Positions 13,720-26,388 of a stretch of DNA of 64,000 nt are shown here, piece after piece. Both the position numbers and the translations under genes were made by a program. The notes under the pieces are model-generated. The model was given only the letters and a program-made list of their open reading frames with translations, made no database searches and had not been told where the DNA came from. This DNA is from Eledone cirrhosa. Lineage: Eukaryota. Position 1 is the stretch's first letter. Each line of letters begins with the position of its first letter. The DNA is taken from contig OZ024753.1 in NCBI GenBank assembly GCA_964016885.1, forward strand, positions 31,806,001-31,870,000, in the 5' to 3' direction.

Positions 13720-16409
13720 AGAGAGTAAAGAAATACTAACATATAATAACCATTGGCAACGATAATTTGGTTACCTCAGAATTGTGCTTATATATAGTAA
13801 AAATGTATTGGTGATGGGGACGTTGTATTACTGGTAGTAGTGATGGGGGTTGTAGTGGTGGTGTTAGTGATGGGGAGGTGGTGGTGGTGATAGTGATAGG
13901 GGTTGTAGTGCTGGTGGTGATGATGGTGGTGGTGGTGGTGTCGGTGTAGTTGGGGGCGGGGTGAAGATGGTGATGGTGTTGGAAATATCATGGAGATTTC
14001 AGTGATTGTTTGATCCTTTTGGGGGAGAGTGGGTGGTGAAGGGAGAAGCCAGCAGATGAAGAATATGACAAATAAGTAGAAAAAGAAGAAAAAGAAGATG
14101 AAGAAGAAGAAAAAGAAGAACGAAAAGACAAATAAGACGAACAAGAAGAAATAAGAACAAGAAAAGAAAAGAAAAAGACGTGAAGGTCTTCTAATATGTA
14201 ATTTATTTCGATATTGATTCATTTCTAAATGGTTTTCCAAATGTCTTCTCTTTTTAAATCTACATCTTCGGTGAGAACTGCTCATCAAAGAGGGATTAAA
14301 ATCCTTGAAGAATGGAATAATAATCATTTTGATGGAATTGCTGCAAAATCTGTTGGCTTTTGATTGAAGAATCAGAAATTCCATTTATAGAATGGTTTGT
14401 GTGATGGTGGCGGTGGTAGTGGTAGTGTTGTTGTTGTTGTTGTGGTGGTGGTGTTGGTGGTAGTTGTGGTGTTGTTGTTGTTGTTCTTGTTCTTGTTTTA
14501 TTTGTATAGCTGATCACGTTTATAGCACTTGCAATGCGTCAGTGAAATGTTAATCTACGAGATTTAACTAGGTTTGGATTTGGTTAAGAATAAGGGAAAA
14601 ACTGTGTAAATTTGTGTCAAAATGTCAAAGAAGAATTTAGATGTCATCCTTGTAAGAATCAAAGCTTTTGAACTTGAAAAGAAACTTAAAGATGATCCTT
14701 TCAATTACTGATGTGGAGATGGGAATTAAACCATTATTCAGTCATTTTATACTGAACGGTGTATTATCAGAGTCGTTACAGCGTCGGTATATGATTCGGT
14801 TCTCTGTGGTATGTTAATATTTTCTCGTAACTACATGCAACACCTTAAAACTCTTTAAGAAAACACGATACAAACTACCATTCGTAACTTGCGTACGGTC
14901 GCAATTTGGTGGTTTTGACTTCTAGTGGATTATCTGTCTTTGAAATATCAAAACCGGAACTAATTGGAAGTGTAATTAAACGTTAATTGCTTCGGAGTGC
15001 AATTAGTGCGACAGCTATCAAATTTAAAATTTATTGGCAGCAGTAGCAGCAATAACAAGAAAATCCACTGCAACATGAATAGTACCTACAGCAACAAGAA
15101 TAACAACATCAACACCGATATAAAACAACAGCCACAACAACATGCAGCAACACCTACAACAACAATAAGTACGACAAGAACAAGAACAATGATAGCTCCT
15201 CAGTCTTTCTTACTGAAGATCTCTTACTAAGTTCAATCTATTAGGTTTGGAGTTGGTCTGTTGTTGTAGTAGCAGATGGTGGTAGTGGTGGTGGGTGGGT
15301 CTTTTTCTGCTGTATGTGTTACTGTTGTTGTTGCTGTTAGTGGTGGATGTGTGTGGTAGGAGGGGTCTTCTGTTGTATCTGTTACTGTTATTGTTTTTTG
15401 TTGTCACCACTTTTGTTGTTGCTGATAAGAATGTTGCCCCTGTTGGTGTCGTTGTTGCTGCTTATGTTTCTGTTAGTGTTACTTTTGTTGTTTGTGTTTC
15501 TGTAATTGATGCCGCTGTTGGTGCTGTTGCTACTGCTGGTGTTGATGTTGCTGGTGGTGTTTTACTTCTTTTTAGAGTAGAATATTATTTTACTTTACTG
15601 AGAATTAGAATTAACAAGCAAAACTAATTTTAATTTTTCGATCTAATTTTGCTGTTTTTTTGTTCTGCTGTCATTTTAAAATTCCCCTGGCCATTTCGTT
15701 GCCATATATTTTAAGAAAGGTACTAACTACGATTTTCAAATAATTTCTGAACATAATCAAGAATTTGGAGTGATTTAATGATATAACTCTTTATTTTTTC
15801 ATTATCAAGCTGGTGTTTGGAGCATAAGTTAACGCCCTTATATGAAATTACATTTTGAGATAAATAGAAAGACTTTAAAAAAAAACAATTCTATATCATC
15901 GAACCAGGGTAGTTTCAGATGTTTGAGTCTTCAAATGTTGTTAGGGGAAAATTGAGCAGTTTGGAAGTTAATTAAATTGGAGAGGCCACTTGCAGGAAAT
16001 ATATTAGTTAAGTCAGAGAGGATTTAAAACGTTTGGTAGAAATAAATTTGAGAAGAGGCAGATAAAGTGACAGTTGGTTAGAAAATAAATGAGAGATTAT
16101 AGAAGGAAGGGTTTCAGATGATTTTAGTATCAAAACGGTTAAGTGAGAATTATATAATGAAGTTTAATATTTCAGTGCATTTCATTAGAACAAGTCATTG
16201 ATTGCTTCTATCTCATAGGGTTTCCCCAAAAATTAACGGACACGCCATAAGTACATAAAAGGCCGTGAACTTATGCAAATGTGGAATCATTCCTTATTTC
16301 TGTTATCATCTCAAATATTTAAATCTGTTTTCAATATGTAGAGGTATATGGAAACACGTGTATATATATAATCTGTGTGTGTGTGTATACATGAATATAT
16401 ATGTATACA

Positions 16410-16463
<54 letters not shown>

Positions 16464-16512
16464 CTGTGTGTGTCTGTATACATGAATATATATATATATA
16501 GGAACGAGTAGG

Positions 16513-16608
16513 ACCCCGATGGCTGAGCTCAAGCCGTTTCGACGGCTAATTCTGGACTAAATGAAAATGTTTATCCTGGTACATGAATAGCCGAGCTTCT
16601 CAGGGGGT
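16513..16608 (-). ncRNA. Hammerhead motif, family B (core CTGAGAA), sense to the GIY-YIG ORF
   Basis: Minus strand: acccc-CTGAGAA-g..cggcta...tagccg.c-GAAA-cggcttgagctcagcca-TC-ggggt. Confidence 0.65.
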
Positions 16609-17689
16609 AATTCCATATATGGTAAAAGTGATTGTCACAAGGATTGGTCAAAAGTTTGTTGTTGAGACACATAATTCTATCATGGCATTTTGTGGAAGGA
16701 AGGGGTAACTGAACTTGCCAGTAGAAGAAAGAGGGAGATGGAGTGGAGGAAACCCAGTCGTGCGTTGATAGTGCCAACTACAGCAGAATCCTAAGGATAA
16801 GAGGTCAAGAAAGTATACTAGGGAGGGGGAGGAAGTCGAAACAATAAGTTAATCAATATGGAGTAAATATATAGAAGAATAATAAGAATGTTAAAAATAT
16901 AAAAAAAACAATTTCTGGTTACTATTCCCTTACCACAATCATCAAATCTCTCACTGGTACTGCCAAACTATAGAAAAGTTTAATAGGTGGGACGGAATAC
17001 TAAATACGAGATTGTAGTGAAAGAATTTTATGAGTTAGTAGTAATCGTCCAAATCTATCTTACAGTGATAGGTCAACAAGTAGGGGGCCAAAATACTAAA
17101 GAAACTACTACGAAATAATAATTCAGAGGCCCGAAACTAATACGAAATAATAATTCAGAATCCCGAAAATGAATACTAATACGATATATAAGGGTGCCGC
17201 TACGATACAAAAATTCTAATACAAACTACATAAATGCTTGTACGATATATATGAAAAATTTGATACGAAAAATTAATTCAGAATCCCCCCACCCCCACCC
17301 CCCAAAAAATAATAAATTCTGATATACGAGAAACTAAAGCAGAGATACCACTAAGAAATCTAGAAAGCACGGAAATGGGGCAGCCATCGGATAAGAAAGC
17401 AAGTATCTGGGGTATATCACATCTGCTATAAAAAGCGGAGTCAGCCAATTCTATCATAGAATAGGGGATGGGGTGAGGGTACTGAGGCTACAAAGGACCG
17501 AAGGGCTGCCTCGGGGTGGGCGAGAAAGTGAAAAGGATGACGACAAAGAAGGAGAACTGGGGTGGAAGGACTAGGAAGGGATGGGGGAAGAAGGAAATAT
17601 AGAGGAAACGATAAAAAAATATATAAGAAAAACCTTACGTCTACCTTTGCAAGCAGGGGTTACCCATTACAAAGTCGGTAAGTGGGGTG

Positions 17690-18048
17690 TTACAGCCCTT
17701 GTCTACCCCCCGCCCCCGGGTCATTATGGGGTTTGAGGGCGAGGTAAGTCCTACGCAATCTGTGTTTGCATGCAGTTACCAGTTCGTCTTTCTTGTTTAG
17801 GAGTTGGTCCGTCGAAAACAGCATTTGTAATGTTTCCTCCGAGCATAAATTACACGGACGGCGTCCTCCCGTGTAAGAGTTGGCTCTCCGAAAGTGTGGT
17901 GGCGTGACGCCGGGCCGGATTTCGGAAAGTATGTCTGTGTTGGTATAGCCGGGTCTTGAAGTCACAAACGGTTAATCCTATATAAGCTTTGTTGGAGGTG
18001 TCCGTCCTCACGTTGCACTGGTAGATCACATTACGATCTCTGGCTCTG
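17690..18048 (-). pseudogene. GIY-YIG endonuclease fragment (frameshifted, internally deleted) of a Penelope-like element
   Basis: VIY-x-YIG, F-K-x-R-x3-H, CxLC-x2-E and LLNK motifs split across two frames. Confidence 0.8.
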
Positions 18049-18065
18049 TTACCATATATGGAATT

Positions 18066-18161
18066 ACCCCCTGAGAAGCTCGGCTATTCATGTACCAGGA
18101 TAAAAATGTTCATTTAGTCCAGAATTAGCCGTCGAAACGGCTTGAGCTCAGCCGTCGGGGT
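18066..18161 (+). ncRNA. Hammerhead motif, family B (core CTGAGAA, GUC cleavage triplet)
   Basis: acccc-CTGAGAA-g..cggcta...tagccg.c-GAAA-cggc(ttgagctca)gccg-TC-ggggt; all three stems close. Confidence 0.7.
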
Positions 18162-18252
18162 CCTACTCGTTCCTATTACCCACTCTACTACCCTAAGTAT
18201 TGAGTACTTTGGTGCGTTATGGTCCATCTGGTTCCTTACCACATTTCCTTCG

Positions 18253-18303
<51 letters not shown>

Positions 18304-19328
18304 CTGTGTTGTGTGTATATACATGAATAGATATATATACATATATATAGATATGTATGATGTATGTATATATATATGAGTGTGTAGTCTTTTGACGAGA
18401 GAGAGAGAGACACGCACACACAGAGGACCTATTGAATTGATAACGAAATCAACAACCAACGACACGATGCCAAATACAATAATTATTCTATTTATTCTAT
18501 TCTTACAAAATACAATTTGTTTCGGGTAATAAAAACGTTCTTCAGAGAAAAAGAAATCATAACAAAACGTTTGTAGATGTGTGTATTTTTTTTTTTATCT
18601 TTCCGTGGTAGAGATTCTTAGTTTTATCAGAGAACACACATATATATAATCCATACATTATCTCTTTCCTTATGAAGGGGTTTTATTATTTTTAATCATT
18701 ATTATTGTTTTTTTTTGTGTTTGTTTCTATTCAGTTTTGATTGGATGTTGTAAGTCTTCTTTTATTTTCGAATCTTGATATTTCTTATGTATGGGAAAAG
18801 GTCATCTTCAAAAGATTGGCTTTAGACAGATTTATTGACGGGTCGAGCCATCATTTGTTTTAATTTCTTTGAAAGACGCTTTTAATAGCTGAGGCAAATT
18901 AACATTTTGTAATAATATATATATATATATATATTATTACAAAATGGTAATTTGCCTCAGCTATTAAAAGTGTCTTTCAAAGAAATTAAAACAAATGATA
19001 TATATATATATATATATATATTATAATAATAATAATAATAATAATAAACAGGAAAGACGGTTTCATTTGTATATCACTATTTATTTTGTTATACGTAACA
19101 ACTGCTCTACGTGTTCTGCTCAGGCAAAAATCCAAACGCGATGTAAATATCCATTGATATGTTACCGGTCATACTTATTATTCCCTTTGTATATATATAT
19201 ACGCTTTGTATATACGCTTTGTATATATATATACGCTTTGTATATATATATAGGCTTAATTGTTTAAGCGTCAGTCATACAAAAGTGAGTTACAAACGAA
19301 ACGAAATTTAATTTCGTTTCGTTATTTG

Positions 19329-19369
<41 letters not shown>

Positions 19370-19737
19370 ACTAGAAATTGATTGACATATATATATATAT
19401 ATAAAATAAATGTATGAAACAATCACAGGGAATATAACTAGTTGATATAAAATGCTGGGATCTATTCATTGGAATCTTGGAGCATATTCTACAGTGGATA
19501 TGGCGCATGTCTCTCTGACATGACTCCTTTAATTTAATTTTGGATACATATATATATCCAAAATTAAATTAAGGGTGTTATGTCAGAGAGACATGCGCCA
19601 TATCCACTGTAGAATATGCTCCAAGATTCCAATGAATAAATCCGAGCATTTTATATAAACTAGTTATATTCTCTGTGATTGTTTCATATCTTTATTTTAT
19701 ATATATATATATATATATATGTCAACCAATTTCTAGT

Positions 19738-19792
<55 letters not shown>

Positions 19793-19804
19793 AAAAGAGT
19801 CAGG

Positions 19805-19900
19805 ACCCCGACGGCTGAGCTCCGGCCGTTTCGACAGCTAGTTCTGAACGAACGCAGTATTGTTAGCACAGTAGTCGTCTGGCTGAACTTATCAAGGGGT
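19805..19900 (-). ncRNA. Hammerhead motif, family B, U3-A8 core (TTGATAA)
   Basis: Minus strand: acccc-TTGATAA-g..cagccag...ctagctg.c-GAAA-cggc...gccg-TC-ggggt. Confidence 0.7.
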
Positions 19901-20865
19901 AATTCCATATATATATATATATATGTGTGTGTGTATGTATCTAAAAGTCTAAAGTCTGTCTTAAGCCAGAAGACTCATTAAACCTGTGCTTATCCCCGTT
20001 TCATGGCGTGAAGTGACTGAGAGTACAAGACCCCCTCCTCCCCATAGCAGGATTAAACCCCCCCAGCTATTGCTGGTACTGATTTTCAGCTGAGTATACT
20101 GGAGCAACATGAAGTGAAGTGTTTTGCACAAGAACACAACTCGCAACCCAGGATACATATATATATATATACATATATATATATACACACACACATATAT
20201 ATATATGTGTGTATATATATGTGCGTGTGTATGTATATATATGTATGTGTGTGTATATATATATATGTATGTATGTATATATATATATGTGTGTATATAT
20301 ATATATGTATGTATATATATATGTGTGTGTGTATATATATATATATGTGTGTGTGTGTATATATATATATGTATGTATATATATATATATATATGTGTGT
20401 ATATATATATGTGTGTGTATATATATATATATGTATGTATATATATATATGTGTGTGTATATATATATATATACATACATATATGTGTGTATATATATGT
20501 GTGTGTGTGTGTATATATATGTGTGTGTGTATGTATATATATATGTGTGTGTATATATATATATGTATGTATATATATATATATGTATGTATATATATAT
20601 ATATGTGTGTATATATATATATGTATGTATATATATATGTGTGTGTGTATATATATATATGTGTGTGTGTATATATATATATGTATGTATATATATATAT
20701 ATGTGTGTATATATATATATATGTGTGTATATATATATATATGTATGTATATATATATATATATATGTGTGTATATATATATATATGTGTGTGTTTATAT
20801 ATATATGTGTGTGTGTGTATATATATATAAAGAAGAAATTAAAAGATGGTTAAAAGAGTTCCATA

Positions 20866-20934
20866 TATTTTATATGCGCATTTCGAATACAACTTTGTCG
20901 TGGGACAAAAATTGTGTTCTCATCAGATAAAATA
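20866..20934 (-). ncRNA. Hammerhead ribozyme, family A, left arm of inverted pair
   Basis: Minus strand: ttttat-CTGATGA-gaacacaa...ttgtattc-GAAA-tgcgca-TA-taaaata (1-nt deletion at the stem I junction). Confidence 0.7.
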
Positions 20935-21045
20935 AGGTAACATGGTATGAGGCATAATAGCACTGGTTTACAGAAAAGTGCTAAGTCTACATACTAGCTG
21001 TTTCCTGTAAACAAGTGCTATTATGCCTCATATCATGTTACCTTG

Positions 21046-21110
21046 TTTTATCTGATGAGAACACAATTTTTGTCCCAGGATGATTTTGTATTCGAAATGC
21101 GCATATAAAA
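21046..21110 (+). ncRNA. Hammerhead ribozyme, family A, right arm of inverted pair
   Basis: ttttat-CTGATGA-gaacacaa...ttgtattc-GAAA-tgcgca-TA-taaaa. Confidence 0.7.
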
Positions 21111-21244
21111 TATATGGAACTCTTTTAACCATCTTTTAATTTCTTCTTTATTATATATACTCAAGTGCTACCAACTGTCGAGTGCTACTTATCTGATATA
21201 TGCATAGTTTTATTGTTCTACAATATTACTCAACTTCTACACAC

Positions 21245-21314
<70 letters not shown>

Positions 21315-21320
<6 letters not shown>

Positions 21321-21585
21321 ATATTAAATAAATGGAAACTATATTTATAAAACCATATTTATTTTATTATATATATTTCAAGCGTACCAAAACACATTGG
21401 TACGCTTTCATCAGATAAAATACAAAGTTTGTTTTATAAATAGAGACATACCAAGGAAAATGATATCTTATCATTGGATATTCACTGGATATCATTGAAT
21501 ATTTACTCCAGGACTGTTAAGTGCTCTAAATCAGTTATAAACATTTATATTTGTCGGACTTCTAATAAATTAAATACCCCTTCTA

Positions 21586-21590
<5 letters not shown>
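21315..21590. mobile_element. Family C pLTR module (inverted ribozyme arm plus sense tail)
   Basis: Matches 39826-39970 and the 40620-40714 tail; (TA)n flanks. Confidence 0.65.
21360..21422 (-). ncRNA. Hammerhead ribozyme, family C
   Basis: Minus strand: tattttat-CTGATGA-aagcgtacca(loop)tggtacgctt-GAAA-tatata-TA-ataaaata; perfect stems I and II. Confidence 0.9.
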
Positions 21591-21658
<68 letters not shown>

Positions 21659-21807
21659 ATTCTCTCTTCTTTACTACTACTACTTGTTTCATAATGGACC
21701 TACGTTCGATATGTTGAAAACTATTTTCTTCTTCTGACTGAACCTGATATCAAGAACGTTTATATTTTTTTACATGTTACTTTCTTGTATGTATGTATAT
21801 ATATATA

Positions 21808-21965
21808 TGGTGGCTGCCAACTCGTTTTCGAGTACGGCCACTACTTTATATCCATGTAGGAGAACCCCTACCGATGCGCTCAACGAGTGTGACTCTTTAG
21901 TCCAGCCAGCGACTTGAAAACTCTGGTACAAACACTACACTTGTGACAATTATTGACACATAGAA
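21808..21965 (-). mobile_element. Probable LINE 3' end carrying a C2H2-type finger (HKCSVCTRVFKSLAGLKSHTR)
   Basis: Isolated finger ending at a stop and running into (TA)n; no exon context found. Confidence 0.4.
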
Positions 21966-22592
21966 CCATGTGATGACAAGTGCAGAGAGATCTCCAGATA
22001 TAAAGCAATGCCTGTGCCGTGAAGCTTTTATAGTGAGCAAAGGCACTGCACAAAGCCAGTCCCACTCTCTTAACCAATATGATATTTACTAAAAAGAAGA
22101 ACAAGTCAACATCATTGGAGCTCTTAAGAGTCAATGGCCATCCAAAATCACTGGGAGAGATGACCCCTTAGCCTTTGTCAAGGCAGAATTCTAAGAGAAG
22201 GAAAACTCTGATATAACACATGCAACCCTGATGGTATCCAATATATATATATACATACATACATACGTGTGTGTAGCGCGTATCTATGTATGCATGCATG
22301 TATTAAAAAAAGCTTCAGGCACAGGCTTCACGTGATATAAACTGCTGTGTTGTGTAAGCATAGCCCTTTTTTTTTCTTCTGCTGCAGCATATGCAGAAAT
22401 AAATCTAAGTCCTTGGTGGGGCTGAAAAATTAAATTCGTGCCAACGGATGGCAATTCTCAAAACTGAGATATATGTATGTAAATTCATGTATGTATTTAT
22501 ATATATTTGGGTATCCATATATGTGTGTATGTATATACATTTATGTATGTATTTATAATTATATATAAATATTTCACTTCACTTCATTTCAG

Positions 22593-22664
22593 GACATCCT
22601 GGAGAATGATGAAATAAAACTGGACTGGATGTTTAGATATTCTTTGATGCAAGATATTGTTAGA
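22593..22664 (+). CDS. NPR1-like: Receptor guanylyl cyclase (NPR1/NPR2-type), first exon seen in window; kinase-homology domain ([24 protein letters not shown])
   Basis: Pyrimidine tract + AG at 22591-92, GTAAGT donor at 22665; 72 nt, phase 0/0; the peptide resembles the [18 protein letters not shown] motif of NPR-type cyclases and splices in frame to the next exon. Confidence 0.9.
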
Positions 22665-23384
22665 GTAAGTACCATTTTTATTTACCTGGTTTGTCAATTC
22701 CTTGACTACCATACGGCATTTCAAAGACATGTTTCCATAAATTATACATATATATATATATATATATATAGTAATAAATGTGAAGACTAGAATCCGTAGA
22801 GGGCTCCGTAAGGATTATATATATAAATATATATAAAAATCGTAGAGCAAATATTTATTAAAATAACAGATTATATAAAAGTTTAAGGGTGAAAGCTGGG
22901 ATACTTTGCTTAAACTTTAATCTGTTATTTTAATATATATATATAGGCCCATTGCTTTTCTTACTAGGAACCTATACATTTACCTCTCTTGGTTGTTATT
23001 TGTTTTGTGGTGTATTCTTGGATAGGGGTGATTGTAGCGGAGTATGGGTACGAAAATTCATATAAATAAAAGCGTTCCTTGGTACTGAAAAGATTGGGAA
23101 CCAAAATCTACTTTATGACGGAGTTGTGGACATAACCCGAAACTACATAGCTACGAAGCGACCTCCTTTACCACACAGCCATGCTTGTGTCTGGTAGATA
23201 AATTGCCTTCGTTGTTAGATAAATGTAAAGAAGGTGGATGTCTTGAAATAGTACATCAACCACAGTTTACCTTCTAAAAATCTTCCAAGATAAGAGAAAT
23301 TTTCGTTCATTTGATCATTTCTTCCATTAATTTCAGTGGTTGATTAATTAGTTTCAGAGTTTTAGAGCGAATCGATTGTGATTA

Positions 23385-23439
<55 letters not shown>

Positions 23440-23529
23440 ATATATATGTTTAGATATATGTTTATATATACGTATATATATGCATGCATATATATATATA
23501 TATGTATATAAATATAAACCTATATATGT

Positions 23530-23566
<37 letters not shown>

Positions 23567-23684
23567 TATATATATGCATATATATATATATATATGCATA
23601 TATATATATGCATATATATATATATATATACACATACTCTTTTACCTGTTCCAGCCATCCGACTGAGGCCATGCTGGGGCACCG

Positions 23685-23732
<48 letters not shown>

Positions 23733-23887
23733 ATAATAATAAATTTGAAGACTAAATATATATATATATATATGTATACATATGTTTATATATATATATA
23801 TGCATATGTATATATAGATATATATGCATATGTATATGTATATATAGATATATATGCATATGTATATATATATATATATATATATAC

Positions 23888-23950
<63 letters not shown>

Positions 23951-24110
23951 TATATATATGTGTGTGTGTATATATATGCATATGTATATATATGCATATA
24001 TATGTGCGTGTGTATATATATATATATACATATATATGTATACATATGTTTATATATATGCATATGTATACACATGTTTATATATATGCATATGTATATA
24101 TGCATATATA

Positions 24111-24142
<32 letters not shown>

Positions 24143-24264
24143 ACATTATTATTTTTATTACTACCATACTTTGGTGCCACTTTGGCTTAATATTTCCGTG
24201 TTGTTGAGAAGTTCTCTTTCAGAAATATAATATATATGCCTAATGCCATATATACATATATATA

Positions 24265-24330
<66 letters not shown>

Positions 24331-25110
24331 TACATGTGTACGTGTGTGTACGTATATATGGGGGAGGCTGGCACTTCTGCAAACAATGTAAGTAGTTGCC
24401 AGGAGTTTGAAGAACTTCTGAAGGCGGAGAAAGAGTGTGGGGGAATTCCATGTTTGTTTTGCAGTGATTTGAAAGTGCTGGAGTTGGGCCAAATGTGAAC
24501 AAGAGACGGGGAAAAAGAGAGAGGTGAAAAGAGAGAAACGGAGAGAGAGTGACAAAGAAAGGAAGGTAAAGAGACAGATTGGAAAGGGTGCAGAGAAACA
24601 AAGAGAGAGAAAGAGTAAGAAAGTGAGAGAGATAAAAAGAGAGAAACGGGGAGAGAGAGAAACGACTGGAACTGTAAAGTGCCAGAGTTGATTTGTAACT
24701 CATTAAAGCTTTAACTGTGTTTGGGTGTATTGGGTTTGGGTGTGTCTGTATGGTGTGTGTGGGTATAATGCATTGAAAAACATGGGTGTGTTTTTGTGGT
24801 GGGTGAATGTGCAGGTATATAGATGTGGGTATGTGATGGGAGGAGGATCAACTCATTAATTGTGAGTATTTGATATCCTATCGTTAGAGCGGCAGACTAA
24901 TTGCCTTGCGGTATGTATTTCGGGTCTTTACGTTGTGAGTTCAATCACGGCCGAGGTCAACTTTTTAAGATTGCTAAATATATATTATTGGACATATGTC
25001 GTTCCTACAATGAATGTTCTCATTGATTCAATCAACACAACAGTCTCCTCGTGAAAGTAACGTGCAAGTGACTGAGTATTTCACAAACACGTGTACTTTT
25101 AAATTCATCA

Positions 25111-25560
25111 TCAGAGATATCCTGCATGACTCAGTTTTGCTCGTAAAATATGTCCAACGATTATTTGCTGAGACATTCTAACCACATGCCCATAGTATCG
25201 TTGCTGTGATCTCACAATTCGGAGAAGTAGCGGCTCTACCTGGAGTGACTCTCTAATCTCCGAGTTACACATTCTTTCCTCAGACATTCTAACCACATGC
25301 CCATAGTATCGTTGCTGTGATCTCACAATTCGGAGAAGTAGCGGCTCTACCTGGAATGACTCTCTAATCTCCGAGTTACACATTCTTTCCTCAGACATTC
25401 TAATCACATGCCCATAGTATCGGTGTGTTCGGAGTAGCGGCTCTATCTGGAGTGATTCTCTGATCGGGGTTTGAACACAGAACATAAATTTCACGATTCC
25501 ACGAATATGCAGTGGTTTCCACGAACGATTATTAGTTAGGTTCTGAGGAAGAATCCGCGA
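25111..25560 (-). mobile_element. RTE-like LINE fragment with an internal 111-bp tandem repeat
   Basis: NSEIRESLQVEPLLLRIVRSQQRYYGHVVRM repeated; agacattcta at 25171, 25282 and 25393. Confidence 0.7.
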
Positions 25561-25729
25561 ATAACCGGGACGATGAATGTTGGGTCCAAGAAATCGGTGG
25601 CACACTGTAAAACTGTAATTATATATTTGGTATGTAACACACATATACACGCATGCATATTAAATGTAGTTAAGTTTTGTCAAATATTACCAGTTTCTTC
25701 TGATATATCAATGTTATCAAATTTGATGC

Positions 25730-25870
25730 ATAGAGTTACGGTCCTTGCCATTCTGAGTTCAAATCCCGCCGAGGTAAATTTTGTCTTTCATCCTTACGGG
25801 GTCGATAAAATAAAGTACCAGTAATGTACTGGGTAATTGTGGCCTTGTACCAAAAGTTGAAACAGTTATC
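25730..25870 (+). mobile_element. SINE family 1, 5'-truncated
   Basis: B box and core present. Confidence 0.75.
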
Positions 25871-26204
25871 AAATATTTAAAATGTCTGTACCCATATTCT
25901 GTGGCCAGTATCGAAATATCTTCTTATTGTCCTTCACGAAAGTTAAATACCACCTCTAGTAAATACAGTCTTACAACTTCACACGGGGAAACGCCTTCTC
26001 CATTCTGTCCGCCGGACCTGTAGGGAGGCCATCAATATGATTACTTAACCCTTTCTGAACCTTATAGTCTGACTTCGGAGTTACTCCTCATGAATAACAA
26101 AAACACCAAACTTATGGTTATATCATTATCACGAAATAAAGAAATATCATGTGTACCATCATCTGTGGAAGGAGAGGAATGTGGGATGCATTAATGTATA
26201 GGTG

Positions 26205-26388
26205 GGTGGATTGGCAGTATCAGTAGAGGGTCGGACGCCATGCTTTCCAGCATAGTTACGTCCCTTTACGATCTGAGTTCAAATCCCGCCGAGGTTGACT
26301 TTGCCTTTCATCCTTACGGGGTCGATAAAATAAAGTACCAGTAATGCACTGGGTAATTGCTGGCCTTGTGCCTAAAGTAGAAACAATT
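26205..26388 (+). mobile_element. SINE family 1 with 18-bp target-site duplication
   Basis: attaatgtataggtgggt at 26190-26207 and 26386-26403. Confidence 0.9.

Larger units (their letters stand above)
16500..18255 (-). mobile_element. 5'-truncated Penelope-like retroelement: inverted pLTR (18048-18255), GIY-YIG endonuclease remnant (~17690-18048), 3' region, sense pLTR with hammerhead (16500-16627); flanked by (TA)n
   Basis: Minus-strand translation gives NVIYQCNVRTDTSNKAYIGLTVCDFKTRLYQHRHTF (VIY...YIG), then after a frameshift CNLCSEE...LLNKKDELVTACKH; the two ends are inverted copies of each other. Confidence 0.85.
20829..21245. mobile_element. Family A pLTR asymmetric inverted repeat
   Basis: 20829-~20975 is inverted relative to ~21003-21150; the right arm continues into the tail; (TA)n flanks. 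Confidence 0.8.

Noticed and set aside
13788-15627. His-, Phe- and Val-rich ORFs
   Set aside because: Derived from trinucleotide and purine-rich low-complexity tracts with no recognisable domain
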